Source: Ignavibacteriota bacterium (lineage in GTDB: Bacteria > Bacteroidota > Ignavibacteria > UBA10030). From it: a stretch of 64,000 nucleotides of DNA. Where the stretch lies: contig PMZI01000016.1 of NCBI GenBank assembly GCA_003170475.1, positions 9,165 through 73,164 of the forward strand, in the 5' to 3' direction. This document shows positions 48,872 to 58,899 of the stretch, one piece after another; position 1 is the stretch's first letter; each line of letters opens with the position of its first letter. The position numbers and the translations under genes are program-made. The notes beneath the pieces are model-generated. The model was not told where the DNA came from and made no database searches. It saw nothing but the letters and a program-made list of their open reading frames with translations.

Positions 48872-50353
48872 ATGTCTAAACCTTTAAACGTCTTGTTTTT
48901 GTCGAGTGAGGTTGATCCATTTGCAAAAACCGGAGGCTTGGCCGATGTCTCCAGCGCTCTCCCTCAGGCAATCAAAGAGTTGGGGCATGAGATTAGGATC
49001 ATGATGCCCCGCTATCGTTTCATCAGCGAACGGCGATTCAAACTTCATGACATCATCCGACTCAAGGAAATACCGGTTTCCGTCGGCAAAGAAACCGAGC
49101 TGGGGAACGTCAAATCGTCCTTCATCAGCAATCTCAAAGAGAAGGTCCAGGTTTACTTCCTCGACAACGCGAACTACTTTGGGAGAGATGGAATCTATCA
49201 GAGTCCCGTCGGACGCAAGGATTACAAAGACAACGATGAGCGGTTCATTTTCTTCTGCCGGGGTGTGCTCGAAACCCTCAAGAGGCTCGGTTGGCAGCCC
49301 GACATCATTCATTGCAACGACTGGCAGACAGGTCTCGTGCCTGCCTATTTGAAGAGCCTCTATAGCAACGATCCTTTTCTCAAGCCCATCAAGACCGTCT
49401 TCACAATTCACAACATGGCATACCAGGGAGCATTCCCCGCCGATTCGTTTCCGAAGTCGGGACTCCCAAAGAACTTCTACCAGGTTGACGGCGTTGAGGC
49501 GTACGGCAAGTTCAATTTTCTGAAAGCGGGGCTTTTCTATTCGGACGCGATTACAACGGTGAGCCAGAAGTACGCCGAAGAAATTTCGACCTCCGAAGAG
49601 TATGGCGCCGGCCTGAGCGGTTTACTCTCGAGAAGAAAAAAGGACCTGCATGGGATTCTGAATGGCATTGACTACCATGTGTGGAATCCAGCAACCGACG
49701 ATCTGATCTATCGAAAATACGATGCCAAATCGCTCGACGCCAAGCCGGACAACAAGCGTGCCTTGACGGGCCGGTTTAATCTTCCGTTCAACGAGACGAC
49801 ACCAGTCATCGGTGCGATTTCCAGGCTGGTAGAACAGAAGGGATTTGACCTGGTATTGGAGATCTTCGATGAACTCATGAAAATGGGTTTTCAGTTCGTT
49901 CTCCTGGGTGACGGCGACAAGAGCACCGAGAAGGCATTTGAGTCTCTTCACAAGAAATATCCGGAGCAAGTGGGTGTGTTCTTCGGATTTGACAAGGAGC
50001 TGGCCCACCTGATCGAGGCAGGGAGCGATCTTTTTGTCATGCCGTCGAGATATGAGCCGTGCGGGTTGAACCAGATGTATAGCATGCGCTACGGCACGAT
50101 TCCCGTGGTCCGGGCTACCGGAGGACTCGACGACACCGTTGAAGATCATGCTGGCAGCGGAAAAGGAACAGGTTTCAAGTTCGCGAACTACGACGCGAAG
50201 GACCTCCTGAAGGCACTTCAGCATGCCCACAAAGTGTTCCAACAACCCGAGGAGTGGAAGAAAGTGATGCGAAATGGGATGGCGAAAGATTTTTCGTGGG
50301 AACACTCCGCCAGGCAATACGTCAACCTATACAAAGAGCTCCTCAAGCAATAA
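48872..50353 (+). CDS. glgA: glycogen synthase (ADP-glucose type)
   Basis: 'VLFLSSEVDPFAKTGGLADV' is the KTGGL motif. C-terminal GT-B domain 'RYEPCGLNQMYSMRYGTIPVVRATGGLDDTV'. Confidence 0.9.
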   Translation: MSKPLNVLFLSSEVDPFAKTGGLADVSSALPQAIKELGHEIRIMMPRYRFISERRFKLHDIIRLKEIPVSVGKETELGNVKSSFISNLKEKVQVYFLDNANYFGRDGIYQSPVGRKDYKDNDERFIFFCRGVLETLKRLGWQPDIIHCNDWQTGLVPAYLKSLYSNDPFLKPIKTVFTIHNMAYQGAFPADSFPKSGLPKNFYQVDGVEAYGKFNFLKAGLFYSDAITTVSQKYAEEISTSEEYGAGLSGLLSRRKKDLHGILNGIDYHVWNPATDDLIYRKYDAKSLDAKPDNKRALTGRFNLPFNETTPVIGAISRLVEQKGFDLVLEIFDELMKMGFQFVLLGDGDKSTEKAFESLHKKYPEQVGVFFGFDKELAHLIEAGSDLFVMPSRYEPCGLNQMYSMRYGTIPVVRATGGLDDTVEDHAGSGKGTGFKFANYDAKDLLKALQHAHKVFQQPEEWKKVMRNGMAKDFSWEHSARQYVNLYKELLKQ

Positions 50354-50549
50354 ACTCGTGTGCACCGACCACTGGATGGCGTGCTCATCTCTATGGGTCA
50401 CTCCTTATTCTGTCGGGCCCCGGTTCGAGTCTCCTGTTCGCCCGTTCCTCAAGCAACAGTGCAAGGTGTTGCAGTGATAATTGTGCCACATATCGGTCCT
50501 GCGGCTCTCCTCTTTTCATCGCAGGGTTCATCATCAGTATGGAGTTGAA

Positions 50550-51716
50550 GTGCTACGATCTCACATAACCGCTTTTCTCTTCTCTGCGTTTTTCGTTTTC
50601 ATTGCGGCAGGTTGTTCGGAGACTCCAAACCAGGTTGGATCGAAGCTTCTACCCGGCAAGGATCTCCTTCTCATCGACACGACGACGGTGTTTGCCGTTT
50701 CGAGCACGAGTATCCCCGTAATCAATACTACTGCGAGTTCGCCAAGGCTCCTTCTCGGCAAAGTCAATACCATAGAGTCCTGGGGGCTCATACGATTTGC
50801 GTCGCTCCCGGATTCGATCAAACTATTGCCATTCATCAGCGCACAACTGAATCTGAGGACCATCTACCACTTTGGCGATTCTCTCGGTACGTTCTCCGTG
50901 GCGATCCACAACGTGTTGATGTACTGGAGCTCGGACTCCCTGACCATCGACTCTCTGAAAGCTCCGGGATTCTATGACACAAAGATCAGCGGTACGGGCA
51001 ACTTCAGTTCGGTCGTCGATACCGAGACGATTACCATCAGTGTCGATACTTCGATGATCCGGACATGGGGAACAGTGAGCGACACCCTCACGACCAATTT
51101 CGGCATCCTCCTGCAACCCACGAACTCCAGTGTCGTCAAAGGCTTCGGGACATTCTCTCAAGGCGACGCGACTTTATGGCCTCAACTCGTTCTCTGCTTT
51201 CAGGGTTCCGGCGGAGTGACAGACACCCTGATCGTCAATACCGGATCAAACAGATTCGTTGCCACGGGTCCGGCACCGAACTGGCCGTCTGACTCTACAC
51301 ACATTTATGTTCAGAATGGATTCGCTTATCGCGGCGCCGTCGACTTCGACGTAAGTTCATTACCGCTTCATGCTGCAATTCATAAGGCAACGCTGCAACT
51401 CACCTTCGACCCAAATCGTTCTAAGTCAAACTACTTCACAACGGATTCGCTCAGGGCTTACTTTGTGGGAGACGACGGCACAACACTTACGTATCTCGAA
51501 TCCATCAGCGAAGTGTCACAGGTTGGCACTGCCAAACTCTACCAAATCCCTGTCGGTCCTTTTATCCAACGATGGCTCAGAGGCTCTATTTCGCGGAGGC
51601 TCGTCATCGCAGGATTTGATGAGTGGAGCGCGCTCGACCTCTTCTCTCTGTATGGTGCCGCGTCCGACAAAAGCCTGAAGCCAAAAATGACCATCTATTA
51701 TTCTCTCATTCAGTAG
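50550..51716 (+). CDS. lipoprotein, possibly DUF4270 family (the family usually paired with glgA in Bacteroidota)
   Basis: GTG start at 50550 preceded by GGAG. Lipobox VFIAAGC. Ser/Thr-rich beta-type body. The DUF4270 assignment rests on synteny memory, not on a motif. Confidence 0.35.
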   Translation: MLRSHITAFLFSAFFVFIAAGCSETPNQVGSKLLPGKDLLLIDTTTVFAVSSTSIPVINTTASSPRLLLGKVNTIESWGLIRFASLPDSIKLLPFISAQLNLRTIYHFGDSLGTFSVAIHNVLMYWSSDSLTIDSLKAPGFYDTKISGTGNFSSVVDTETITISVDTSMIRTWGTVSDTLTTNFGILLQPTNSSVVKGFGTFSQGDATLWPQLVLCFQGSGGVTDTLIVNTGSNRFVATGPAPNWPSDSTHIYVQNGFAYRGAVDFDVSSLPLHAAIHKATLQLTFDPNRSKSNYFTTDSLRAYFVGDDGTTLTYLESISEVSQVGTAKLYQIPVGPFIQRWLRGSISRRLVIAGFDEWSALDLFSLYGAASDKSLKPKMTIYYSLIQ

Positions 51717-51726
51717 GACTGAGCTC

Positions 51727-52971
51727 ATGAAGATGAAAACGAATTCCCTGAGCATCATCCTCTGCACACTCCTTCTCTCTCTTGGAGCTTCTTCGACATC
51801 GTTCGCAGGAGGTTCAATCTATAGTCGGTTTGGAGTCGGTGATCTCTTGCGCTACGGAGGCGGCAGAATTGACGCCATGGGTGGAGCGGGAATTTCGCTG
51901 ATCGGCGATGGATTCCTGAACACATTGAATCCGGCCGGAATTGCGCGCATCGCTTTCACGAGGATCTCGGCCGATTTCGAATACTCAGGCTATTCCTCCG
52001 CCGATGCGAGTGGAAGCAGCTTCTATGGCCGGGGCGCATTCAAAGGACTGAGTGTCGGCTTTCCGATCTCTCGGGAGAACGGGATTGCCATGATGCTGGA
52101 GACCTCACCGTACTCGACAGTGAACTATTCAACGCAGACGGCCGACACCTCGTTGCAGCAGAATTATTACGGAACCGGCGGACTGTCAATGCTCAGCATC
52201 GGCGCTACCTACGCTCCGCTGAAACGACTCGCGTTTGGCGTCAAGATGAACCACGTCTACGGCCGCATCCGCCAGGTGGGCAGCTTCACATTCTCCGACG
52301 CATCATTTCTCAGCAGTGATATCGAACGATCAGAGTACTACGGTGGGTTCACATTTACCTTCGGCGGCATTTTTGACGGATTCGGAGACTTGTTCAACTC
52401 TCCGTCTCTTGAGCCGTTGAGCGTAGGATTCGTGCTCACAACTCCGACCACCCTTTCTGTGGACCTCGAGAGCATTCTGACAACCACCGCGTCGACGGAT
52501 ACCACGCTGCGAGGGACTGGAAAGGTGGACCTTCCTGTTTCGTTTGGATTCGGACTTTCTTACCTTTTCGCGAATCGCTACGTCGTCACTGGCGATGCTT
52601 CCTTCATGCAATGGCAGAATGCCCAGTTCTTCGGGAGCACAGTACCCCAAATGAGAAACTCCTCGCGATTCGGGATTGGCTTCGAGGCTCTTCCAGATCG
52701 GGAGACTGAATCATTTCTCAAAAGAGTTATCTATCGGGCCGGGATCTCCTACAACGCAACAAACTATCTCATCAATGGAACAGGAATCAACGAAATCTTC
52801 CTCACGGGCGGAGTTGGCCTCCCTATTGGTCCTGATACGCGCTTGAACATCGGTCTCCAGGCAGGCACACGGGGAACGACGACCAACAGCCTCCAGAGGG
52901 ATACGATTCTTCGCCTCTCGCTCTCCATCACGGCAAGCGAAATCTGGTTCATGAAAGTTGAAGACGAATAA
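51727..52971 (+). CDS. PorV/PorQ-family (FadL-like) outer-membrane beta-barrel protein, second paralogue
   Basis: Signal peptide. 'GGSIYSRFGVGDLLRYGGGRIDAMGGAGISLIGDGFLNTLNPAGIARIAF' parallels the PorV N-terminal hallmark. Confidence 0.45.
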   Translation: MKMKTNSLSIILCTLLLSLGASSTSFAGGSIYSRFGVGDLLRYGGGRIDAMGGAGISLIGDGFLNTLNPAGIARIAFTRISADFEYSGYSSADASGSSFYGRGAFKGLSVGFPISRENGIAMMLETSPYSTVNYSTQTADTSLQQNYYGTGGLSMLSIGATYAPLKRLAFGVKMNHVYGRIRQVGSFTFSDASFLSSDIERSEYYGGFTFTFGGIFDGFGDLFNSPSLEPLSVGFVLTTPTTLSVDLESILTTTASTDTTLRGTGKVDLPVSFGFGLSYLFANRYVVTGDASFMQWQNAQFFGSTVPQMRNSSRFGIGFEALPDRETESFLKRVIYRAGISYNATNYLINGTGINEIFLTGGVGLPIGPDTRLNIGLQAGTRGTTTNSLQRDTILRLSLSITASEIWFMKVEDE

Positions 52972-52997
52972 ACTGACTGTTGCCGGAGCCCAAGACT

Positions 52998-53435
52998 ATG
53001 ATAGCCCTCGCCAGTGATCACGCCGGCTTTGAATACAAAGAGAAACTCAAAACGCTCTTGGATGAATTGCATCAGCCGTATCGCGATTTTGGCCCTCCGA
53101 CAGGAGCACGAACCGACTATCCGGACTGGGGTCATCTCGCATCAGAAGCTATTTCCACCGGCCAATGCGACCGTGGGATTCTTATCTGCGGTACCGGCAT
53201 CGGAATGTCGATCGTCGCGAACAAGCATAAGGGTGTTCGAGCAGCGGCGTGCGAGTCCGCCTCAGCTGCCCGACTTGCGCGACAGCACAACGATGCCAAT
53301 GTGCTGACGCTTGGCGAACGGCTCACGGGATGGGAAGCCGTCATCGACATTGTGAAGATGTTTCTTTCCGCTACGTTCGAGGGGGGAAGGCACGCAGAGC
53401 GGGTCTCAAAAATCCATTCGCTGACAAAACTTTAG
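52998..53435 (+). CDS. rpiB: ribose-5-phosphate isomerase B
   Basis: 'MIALASDHAGFEYKEKL' N-terminus. 'ILICGTGIGMSIVANKHKGVRAA' is the RpiB/LacAB motif. Confidence 0.85.
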   Translation: MIALASDHAGFEYKEKLKTLLDELHQPYRDFGPPTGARTDYPDWGHLASEAISTGQCDRGILICGTGIGMSIVANKHKGVRAAACESASAARLARQHNDANVLTLGERLTGWEAVIDIVKMFLSATFEGGRHAERVSKIHSLTKL

Positions 53436-53560
53436 ACCGCTGGATCTCCTCTTGAAGGTGGAAACAACGAATGATAGAGGAACGTATCCTTCCAAGAATC
53501 CGGAACACCCTCAGTCAGCCTGCATTCAAAACACCATCGTCATCAGAGCGAGCATACCCT

Positions 53561-54865
53561 ATGCAGCATCTTCAGAGTGTCGACCCTGAAATTTTCAATG
53601 CTGTCCAGAACGAAATCAACCGTCAGCATTCGAAACTTGAGCTCATCGCATCAGAGAATTTCGTGAGCCTCGCTGTTCTCGAGGCGCTCGGATCCGTTCT
53701 CACGAATAAGTACGCCGAAGGCTATCCGGGCAAGCGCTATTACGGCGGCTGTGAGTATGTAGATGTCGCCGAGAACCTCGCCCGTGACCGGGCAAAGAAA
53801 GTTTTTGGCGCAGAATACTCAAACGTGCAGCCACATTCCGGTTCTCAGGCGAATATGGCCGTCTACTTCACGTTTCTCAAGCCGGGTGACAAGGTCCTCG
53901 GCATGAATCTCCAGCACGGAGGTCACCTGACTCACGGCGCCTCGGTGAATTTCTCTGGCCAGCTTTACAACTTCGTTGCGTACGGCGTTTCCAAGGAAAC
54001 CGGGACAATCGATTACAATGAAGTCGAAGCGGTGGCAAAGAAGGAGCATCCGAAAATGATTACGGTCGGTGCCAGCGCTTATTCGCGCAACATCGACTAC
54101 AAAGCTTTTCGCGCCATCGCGGACCAGGTCGGAGCATTTCTGTTTGCGGATATCGCCCATCCGGCCGGACTCATCGCCAGCAAGCTGTTGAACGATCCAC
54201 TCCCCTACTGCCACGTGGTTACCTCAACAACACACAAGACGCTGCGCGGACCGCGCGGCGGTTTGATTCTCATGGGGAAGGATTTTGAAAATCCGTTTGG
54301 CGTGGTAGCGCCAAAATCGGGTCGCCGAAAAATGATGTCCGAGTTGATTGATTCCATGGTCATCCCGGGAATCCAGGGAGGCCCGCTCATGCATGTCATC
54401 GCTGCAAAGGCCGTCGCCTTTCGGGAAAACCTGCAGCCTTCGTTCGTCGAGTATTCAAAACAAGTAATTCGAAACGCGCAGACACTTGCTGCGGCCCTCG
54501 TCAAACGCGGATTCAATATTATCTCAGGCGGAACGGACAACCATTTGATGCTCGCCGACTTGCGCGGCAAGAACGTCACTGGAAAAGATGCCCAGGAGGC
54601 GCTTGACCTCGCCGGCATAACGGTGAACAAAAACGGCGTGCCGTTCGACGACAAATCCCCTCTGATCACCAGTGGCATACGGATTGGAACTCCAGCCCTC
54701 ACGACGCGCGGCATGAAGGAGAGCGAGATGGAAGTCGTTGCAGAACTGATCGATCGGGTGGTGAGCAACATTGGAAACGAGTCTGTGTACAGCAGCGTGC
54801 GCAGCGACATTGAAAAACTCTGTTCGTCATTTCCTCTATATCGGGAACTGGCACAATCACGCTAG
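53561..54865 (+). CDS. glyA: serine hydroxymethyltransferase
   Basis: '[29 protein letters not shown]'. PLP-lysine motif '[15 protein letters not shown]'. Confidence 0.95.
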   Translation: MQHLQSVDPEIFNAVQNEINRQHSKLELIASENFVSLAVLEALGSVLTNKYAEGYPGKRYYGGCEYVDVAENLARDRAKKVFGAEYSNVQPHSGSQANMAVYFTFLKPGDKVLGMNLQHGGHLTHGASVNFSGQLYNFVAYGVSKETGTIDYNEVEAVAKKEHPKMITVGASAYSRNIDYKAFRAIADQVGAFLFADIAHPAGLIASKLLNDPLPYCHVVTSTTHKTLRGPRGGLILMGKDFENPFGVVAPKSGRRKMMSELIDSMVIPGIQGGPLMHVIAAKAVAFRENLQPSFVEYSKQVIRNAQTLAAALVKRGFNIISGGTDNHLMLADLRGKNVTGKDAQEALDLAGITVNKNGVPFDDKSPLITSGIRIGTPALTTRGMKESEMEVVAELIDRVVSNIGNESVYSSVRSDIEKLCSSFPLYRELAQSR

Positions 54866-54944
54866 GTAGACGGTGATCAAACAACTGCTTCTTCGAATTC
54901 TGCGCGGCAAGAATGCCGGTGGCCTCAACCTTGATCAGAAGGAA

Positions 54945-55709
54945 ATGTCTTTTCTTGATCATCTCGAGGAATTGCGTTGGCATGTGGTAAAGGCTCTTGC
55001 CGGGTTGGCCATCGGCATGATCTTGTGCGGCATCTTCGCGGAGTTCATTGTCCAGAAGATCCTCCTCGCTCCTTTGCTCGCTGTCGGGCTCAAGGCTCAG
55101 GTGCTTGCGCCTTATGGTATCGTCATGCTCTACATTCAGGCCGCACTTGTCTCCGGTTTTATTTTGAGCATGCCCAACACTCTCTACTGGCTTTGGAAGT
55201 TCATCGCTCCGGGCCTGATGCCGAATGAACGCCGCTATGTATCCGGAATCGTCGGATGGACATCGTTCCTCTTTTTTGGCGGATGCGCATTCGGATATTT
55301 TGTCCTTGTGCCGACCGCCCTCACGTTTTTTGCGGGATTCGGGACTGCGAACATCTCCTTGAACATCGCTGTCGACCGATACATCACGTTCCTTCTGGCA
55401 CTTGTCCTCGGGACAGGATTGGTCTTTGAACTTCCCATGCTGTCGTATTTCCTCGCCAAGTTGGGAATTATGTCCGCTGAGTTCATGCGCAAGTACCGGA
55501 GACACGCCTATGTTGTCATTCTTCTCATTGCCGGGATTGTGACACCCACACCGGACATGGTGACACAACTGCTGATGGCTTCTCCTATGTTTGTGCTCTA
55601 CGAAGTGAGCATCTTCATCGCAAAGTTTGTCTACAAGAAGAAAGAGAAGGAAAAGGAGCAACAGGCGACGGAAGAGGATGTCTCAGGATCAGATGACGAG
55701 GGCTGGTAA
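54945..55709 (+). CDS. tatC: twin-arginine translocase subunit TatC
   Basis: 'MSFLDHLEELRWHVVKALAGLAIGM' N-terminus. Six TM segments. Confidence 0.85.
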   Translation: MSFLDHLEELRWHVVKALAGLAIGMILCGIFAEFIVQKILLAPLLAVGLKAQVLAPYGIVMLYIQAALVSGFILSMPNTLYWLWKFIAPGLMPNERRYVSGIVGWTSFLFFGGCAFGYFVLVPTALTFFAGFGTANISLNIAVDRYITFLLALVLGTGLVFELPMLSYFLAKLGIMSAEFMRKYRRHAYVVILLIAGIVTPTPDMVTQLLMASPMFVLYEVSIFIAKFVYKKKEKEKEQQATEEDVSGSDDEGW

Positions 55710-55711
55710 TC

Positions 55712-56701
55712 GTGAAAGACTTCACAACAGCGTCTCTCAACAATATCAAGGCACCGATTGAGACGGAACTCAAGGAGTTCGGGGCCTTTTTCCGAGAATC
55801 GATGCGATCGCGCGTGGGGCTCATTGACCTCATCGCCCGTTATATTGTTCGCCAAAAAGGCAAGAGAGTGCGGCCTATTCTCGTCTTCCTGAGCGCCAAA
55901 GCCTGCGGTGAAGTGAGGGACAGTACCTATCGCGCTGCCACACTCGTCGAGATCCTGCACACTGCCACCCTGATCCACGACGATGTTGTCGATGACGCCG
56001 ACACACGGAGAGGACTGGCTTCCATCAACGCTGTCTGGAAGAACAAGGTGGCGGTCCTGATGGGCGACTATCTGCTGTCGAGAGGTCTGCTGCTCTCCCT
56101 GGAGAACGACGATCATTACTTCCTCAGGTGCACCTCGAACGCCGTGAAGAGAATGAGCGAGGGAGAGTTACTCCAAATCCAGAAGAGCCGTCAGCTTAAC
56201 ATCGACGAGGAAACCTATCTCAAGATCATTGCTGACAAGACAGCTTCCTTGCTCTCAACTTGCACAGAAATCGGTGCAGCGAGTACCACCCAGGATCCTG
56301 AACGCAGACGCCAGATGCGCGATTTTGGCGAGCATGTGGGCATTGCGTTCCAGATCCGCGACGATCTCCTTGACTATCTAGGCCGGAGAAGCGTCATAGG
56401 CAAGCCAACCGGCATCGACCTCAAAGAAAAGAAGCTCACCCTCCCGCTGATTCACGCGCTCACTCATGGATCACGAAGCGATGCCAAACAGGCCATACGA
56501 ATCGTCAAGAACGGGGCAAAGCAGAAAGATATCCATTGGGTCATGGATTTCGTAAAGAGCGCTGGAGGAATCGACTATGCGATCGACCGGGCACGGAACT
56601 TCTCCGATCTGGCCCGAAATGATCTCTCCCTCCTTCCTGATTCTCCGTCGAAACACGCTCTCCTCGAATTCGTCGATTTTGTTACAGAGAGGGAAAGTTA
56701 G
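55712..56701 (+). CDS. polyprenyl diphosphate synthase (trans-IPPS family; octa/heptaprenyl type)
   Basis: FARM 'LIHDDVVDDADTRRG'. SARM 'FQIRDDLLDY'. Confidence 0.85.
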   Translation: MKDFTTASLNNIKAPIETELKEFGAFFRESMRSRVGLIDLIARYIVRQKGKRVRPILVFLSAKACGEVRDSTYRAATLVEILHTATLIHDDVVDDADTRRGLASINAVWKNKVAVLMGDYLLSRGLLLSLENDDHYFLRCTSNAVKRMSEGELLQIQKSRQLNIDEETYLKIIADKTASLLSTCTEIGAASTTQDPERRRQMRDFGEHVGIAFQIRDDLLDYLGRRSVIGKPTGIDLKEKKLTLPLIHALTHGSRSDAKQAIRIVKNGAKQKDIHWVMDFVKSAGGIDYAIDRARNFSDLARNDLSLLPDSPSKHALLEFVDFVTERES

Positions 56702-56741
56702 GAAATCTCGCCTACTCGTCTTCAATCAAATGAAGGAAACA

Positions 56742-56778
56742 AGAAAGCCCGACCTGACTATTCCAGGGCGGGCTTTCT
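56742..56778. terminator. hairpin (agaaagcccg...cgggctttct, 10-bp stem) between convergent genes
   Basis: Stem 56742-56751/56769-56778. The loop is 17 nt, long. The flank is U-rich on the minus strand only. Confidence 0.4.
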
Positions 56779-56810
56779 CTTGAAGACCACAGCGTACCGT
56801 GTTTCGAGAA

Positions 56811-57341
56811 CTACACTTTCACAAACTCCTTCTCTGCCATGCGGACCACAAGAACCGGACACGGCGCATGTCGTACAACTTTCTCCGCAGTGCTGCCGAA
56901 GAGGACGTGTTCCATGCCCGAGTGGCCATGGGTGGCGATGATGATCAGGTCGACCGATTCCTCTCTTGCATACTGCTCAATTTCGTAAGCCGCTTTGCCT
57001 GTTCTCACGCCGCTCCGAGCCTTGACGCGGGCGCCAATCTCACGCTTGATCAGCCCTTCAAGCTCTTCGGCACCACGCTGTCTCAGCTCATCCTCCACAG
57101 CCGGAAATCCCACCTGCCCGAAGCTGAAGTCAGCCGGGTAGATTGCCGGCTCCACCACATAGAGCAGATCGATTGAGGCTTTGAATTGTTCGGCGAAAGG
57201 AATTGCGTACTGCAGGGCCTTTTTGGAATGATCGGAAAAATCGATCGGAACAAGAATCCGTCGGAGGTCGATTCGAGATTGGGTGCGCTGATTACCGCGC
57301 GCCGGCCGCTTTTTTGACCGTGCCGGTCGGCTTTGCATTGT
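56811..57341 (-). CDS. universal stress protein (UspA family)
   Basis: 'ILVPIDFSDHSKKALQYAIPFAEQFKASIDLLYVVEP'. 'IIIATHGHSGMEHVLFGSTAEKVVRHAPCPVLVV'. The ORF extends to 57473, but I chose a start at an internal Met (MQSRP...) to limit overlap with the upstream gene. The start is uncertain. Confidence 0.7.
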   Translation of the reverse strand, partial: TMQSRPARSKKRPARGNQRTQSRIDLRRILVPIDFSDHSKKALQYAIPFAEQFKASIDLLYVVEPAIYPADFSFGQVGFPAVEDELRQRGAEELEGLIKREIGARVKARSGVRTGKAAYEIEQYAREESVDLIIIATHGHSGMEHVLFGSTAEKVVRHAPCPVLVVRMAEKEFVKV

Positions 57342-57960
57342 TTTTGCCATCGTGGTCATCCGGTGAAATTGGTTTTCCTTTTTCACTGCGGGAAACGAGA
57401 CGGTCGAGCTGGCTCTGAACTTTGGAAAGCTCTTTGTCGGTCTTTCGAAGGCGTGTTGCGAGGATCTCGGCAAATTTCATGACAATCTTCATACCGAGGT
57501 CGGGGTTCTCTTTGATCAGCTCCATCAAATCTGTTCTGAAAAATCCGATCACGGAACAATCAGTTTTGCAGAAGGCAGTCGCTGATCGCGGCGATTCATC
57601 AAGGAGAGCGAGTTCGCCAAAGAAGTCGCCGTCCGTCAGAACAGCCAACTCCTTCTCCTCTCCTTCCCGCTCGGAGATACGAATGGAGATTTCTCCCTCC
57701 TGGATAATGAACATCCCCAGGCCCGGGTCCCCCTGGTAGAAGACCGGTTCACCTGCTTTGTATTCCCTTTTGTGAACGATCGCGGCAACCCGACGCAAGT
57801 CGCGGGCAGAAAGATCCGCAAACGCGGGGACCTTGCTCAGAACTGCTTCTGTGCTCCCGTCGAGTATGCTTTTTCCGGAGAAGAGGTTTCTCCAGACTGC
57901 GTTTCCATTCGATGAGTTTGACACGCTGGAATCTCCTGCAATTACACGAAATCTAGCCAA
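57292..57960 (-). CDS. cyclic-nucleotide-binding domain protein (no HTH; stand-alone cNMP sensor)
   Basis: 'EPVFYQGDPGLGMFIIQEGEISIRIS...FFGELALLDESPRSATAF' is the cNMP phosphate-binding cassette. The C-terminal 60 aa are low-complexity and basic. Confidence 0.7.
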   Translation of the reverse strand: MARFRVIAGDSSVSNSSNGNAVWRNLFSGKSILDGSTEAVLSKVPAFADLSARDLRRVAAIVHKREYKAGEPVFYQGDPGLGMFIIQEGEISIRISEREGEEKELAVLTDGDFFGELALLDESPRSATAFCKTDCSVIGFFRTDLMELIKENPDLGMKIVMKFAEILATRLRKTDKELSKVQSQLDRLVSRSEKGKPISPDDHDGKNNAKPTGTVKKAAGAR

Positions 57961-58859
57961 CCGTACTTGTCCGCGCCGCCGCGAACGACGTCAAAGAACA
58001 TCTCTTGAAGTTTCTTGGTCATCGGCCCGGGCTTTCCCACGCCGACAGCGATCTTGTCGACGGAACGGACGGGCGTAATCTCGGCCGCGGTGCCCGTCAA
58101 GAACACCTCATCCGCCACATACAACATTTCCCTGGGAATCGGACCTTCGATGATCCGAAATCCGGCCTCCGCAGCAAGCTTCATGACGCAAAGGCGTGTG
58201 ATACCCGGCAGAATCGATGCAATCAGTGGCGGAGTGTACATCACATGATCACGCACGATAAAGATGTTTTCGCCGCTCCCTTCGCTGATGTAACCACTCA
58301 CATCAAGAGCAATGCCTTCAGCATACCCGTCAAGAAGCGCTTCCATCTTGATCAACTGCGAGCCAAGATAGTTGCCGCCGGACTTTGCCATCGTCGGCAG
58401 AGTGTTCGGTGCCGGTCGATTCCAGGAAGAGACACAGACATCGATACCATTGTCCAGAGCTTCACTTCCAAGATACGTGCCCCATTCCCACACGGCGATC
58501 ATGATATCAACAGGGGAACCGAGTGGGTTCACTCCGGGCTCACCGTAGCCTCGATACGCCAACGGCCGGATATAGCAGGCCTTCAATTTGTTTGCGCGAA
58601 TGGTCTCTTTCACGCCATCGATCAGCTGCTGCCGCGTGAACGGTATCTCCGCCCTGTACATCTTCGTCGAGTCAAAAAGCCTTCGGATGTGCGCATCGAG
58701 ACACAGAACTGCTGAACCGCGTTTTGTGTCGTAGCATCGGATTCCTTCGAACCAGCTTGATCCATAGTGCAGAGCGTGGGTGAGCACGTGAACTTTGGCA
58801 TCGTCCCAGTTCACGAGTTTCCCGTTCATCCAAATTTTCTCGACTTTGTTTATCGGCAT
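57942..58859 (-). CDS. ilvE: branched-chain amino acid aminotransferase (fold type IV)
   Basis: 'IWMNGKLVNWDDAKVHVLTHALHYGSSWFEGIRCY' N-terminus. Type-IV PLP fold motifs. Confidence 0.85.
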   Translation of the reverse strand: MPINKVEKIWMNGKLVNWDDAKVHVLTHALHYGSSWFEGIRCYDTKRGSAVLCLDAHIRRLFDSTKMYRAEIPFTRQQLIDGVKETIRANKLKACYIRPLAYRGYGEPGVNPLGSPVDIMIAVWEWGTYLGSEALDNGIDVCVSSWNRPAPNTLPTMAKSGGNYLGSQLIKMEALLDGYAEGIALDVSGYISEGSGENIFIVRDHVMYTPPLIASILPGITRLCVMKLAAEAGFRIIEGPIPREMLYVADEVFLTGTAAEITPVRSVDKIAVGVGKPGPMTKKLQEMFFDVVRGGADKYGWLDFV

Positions 58860-58899
58860 ATAATATCCCGGTTCCGTTCGATAAGCGAGGCTTTCGTTT

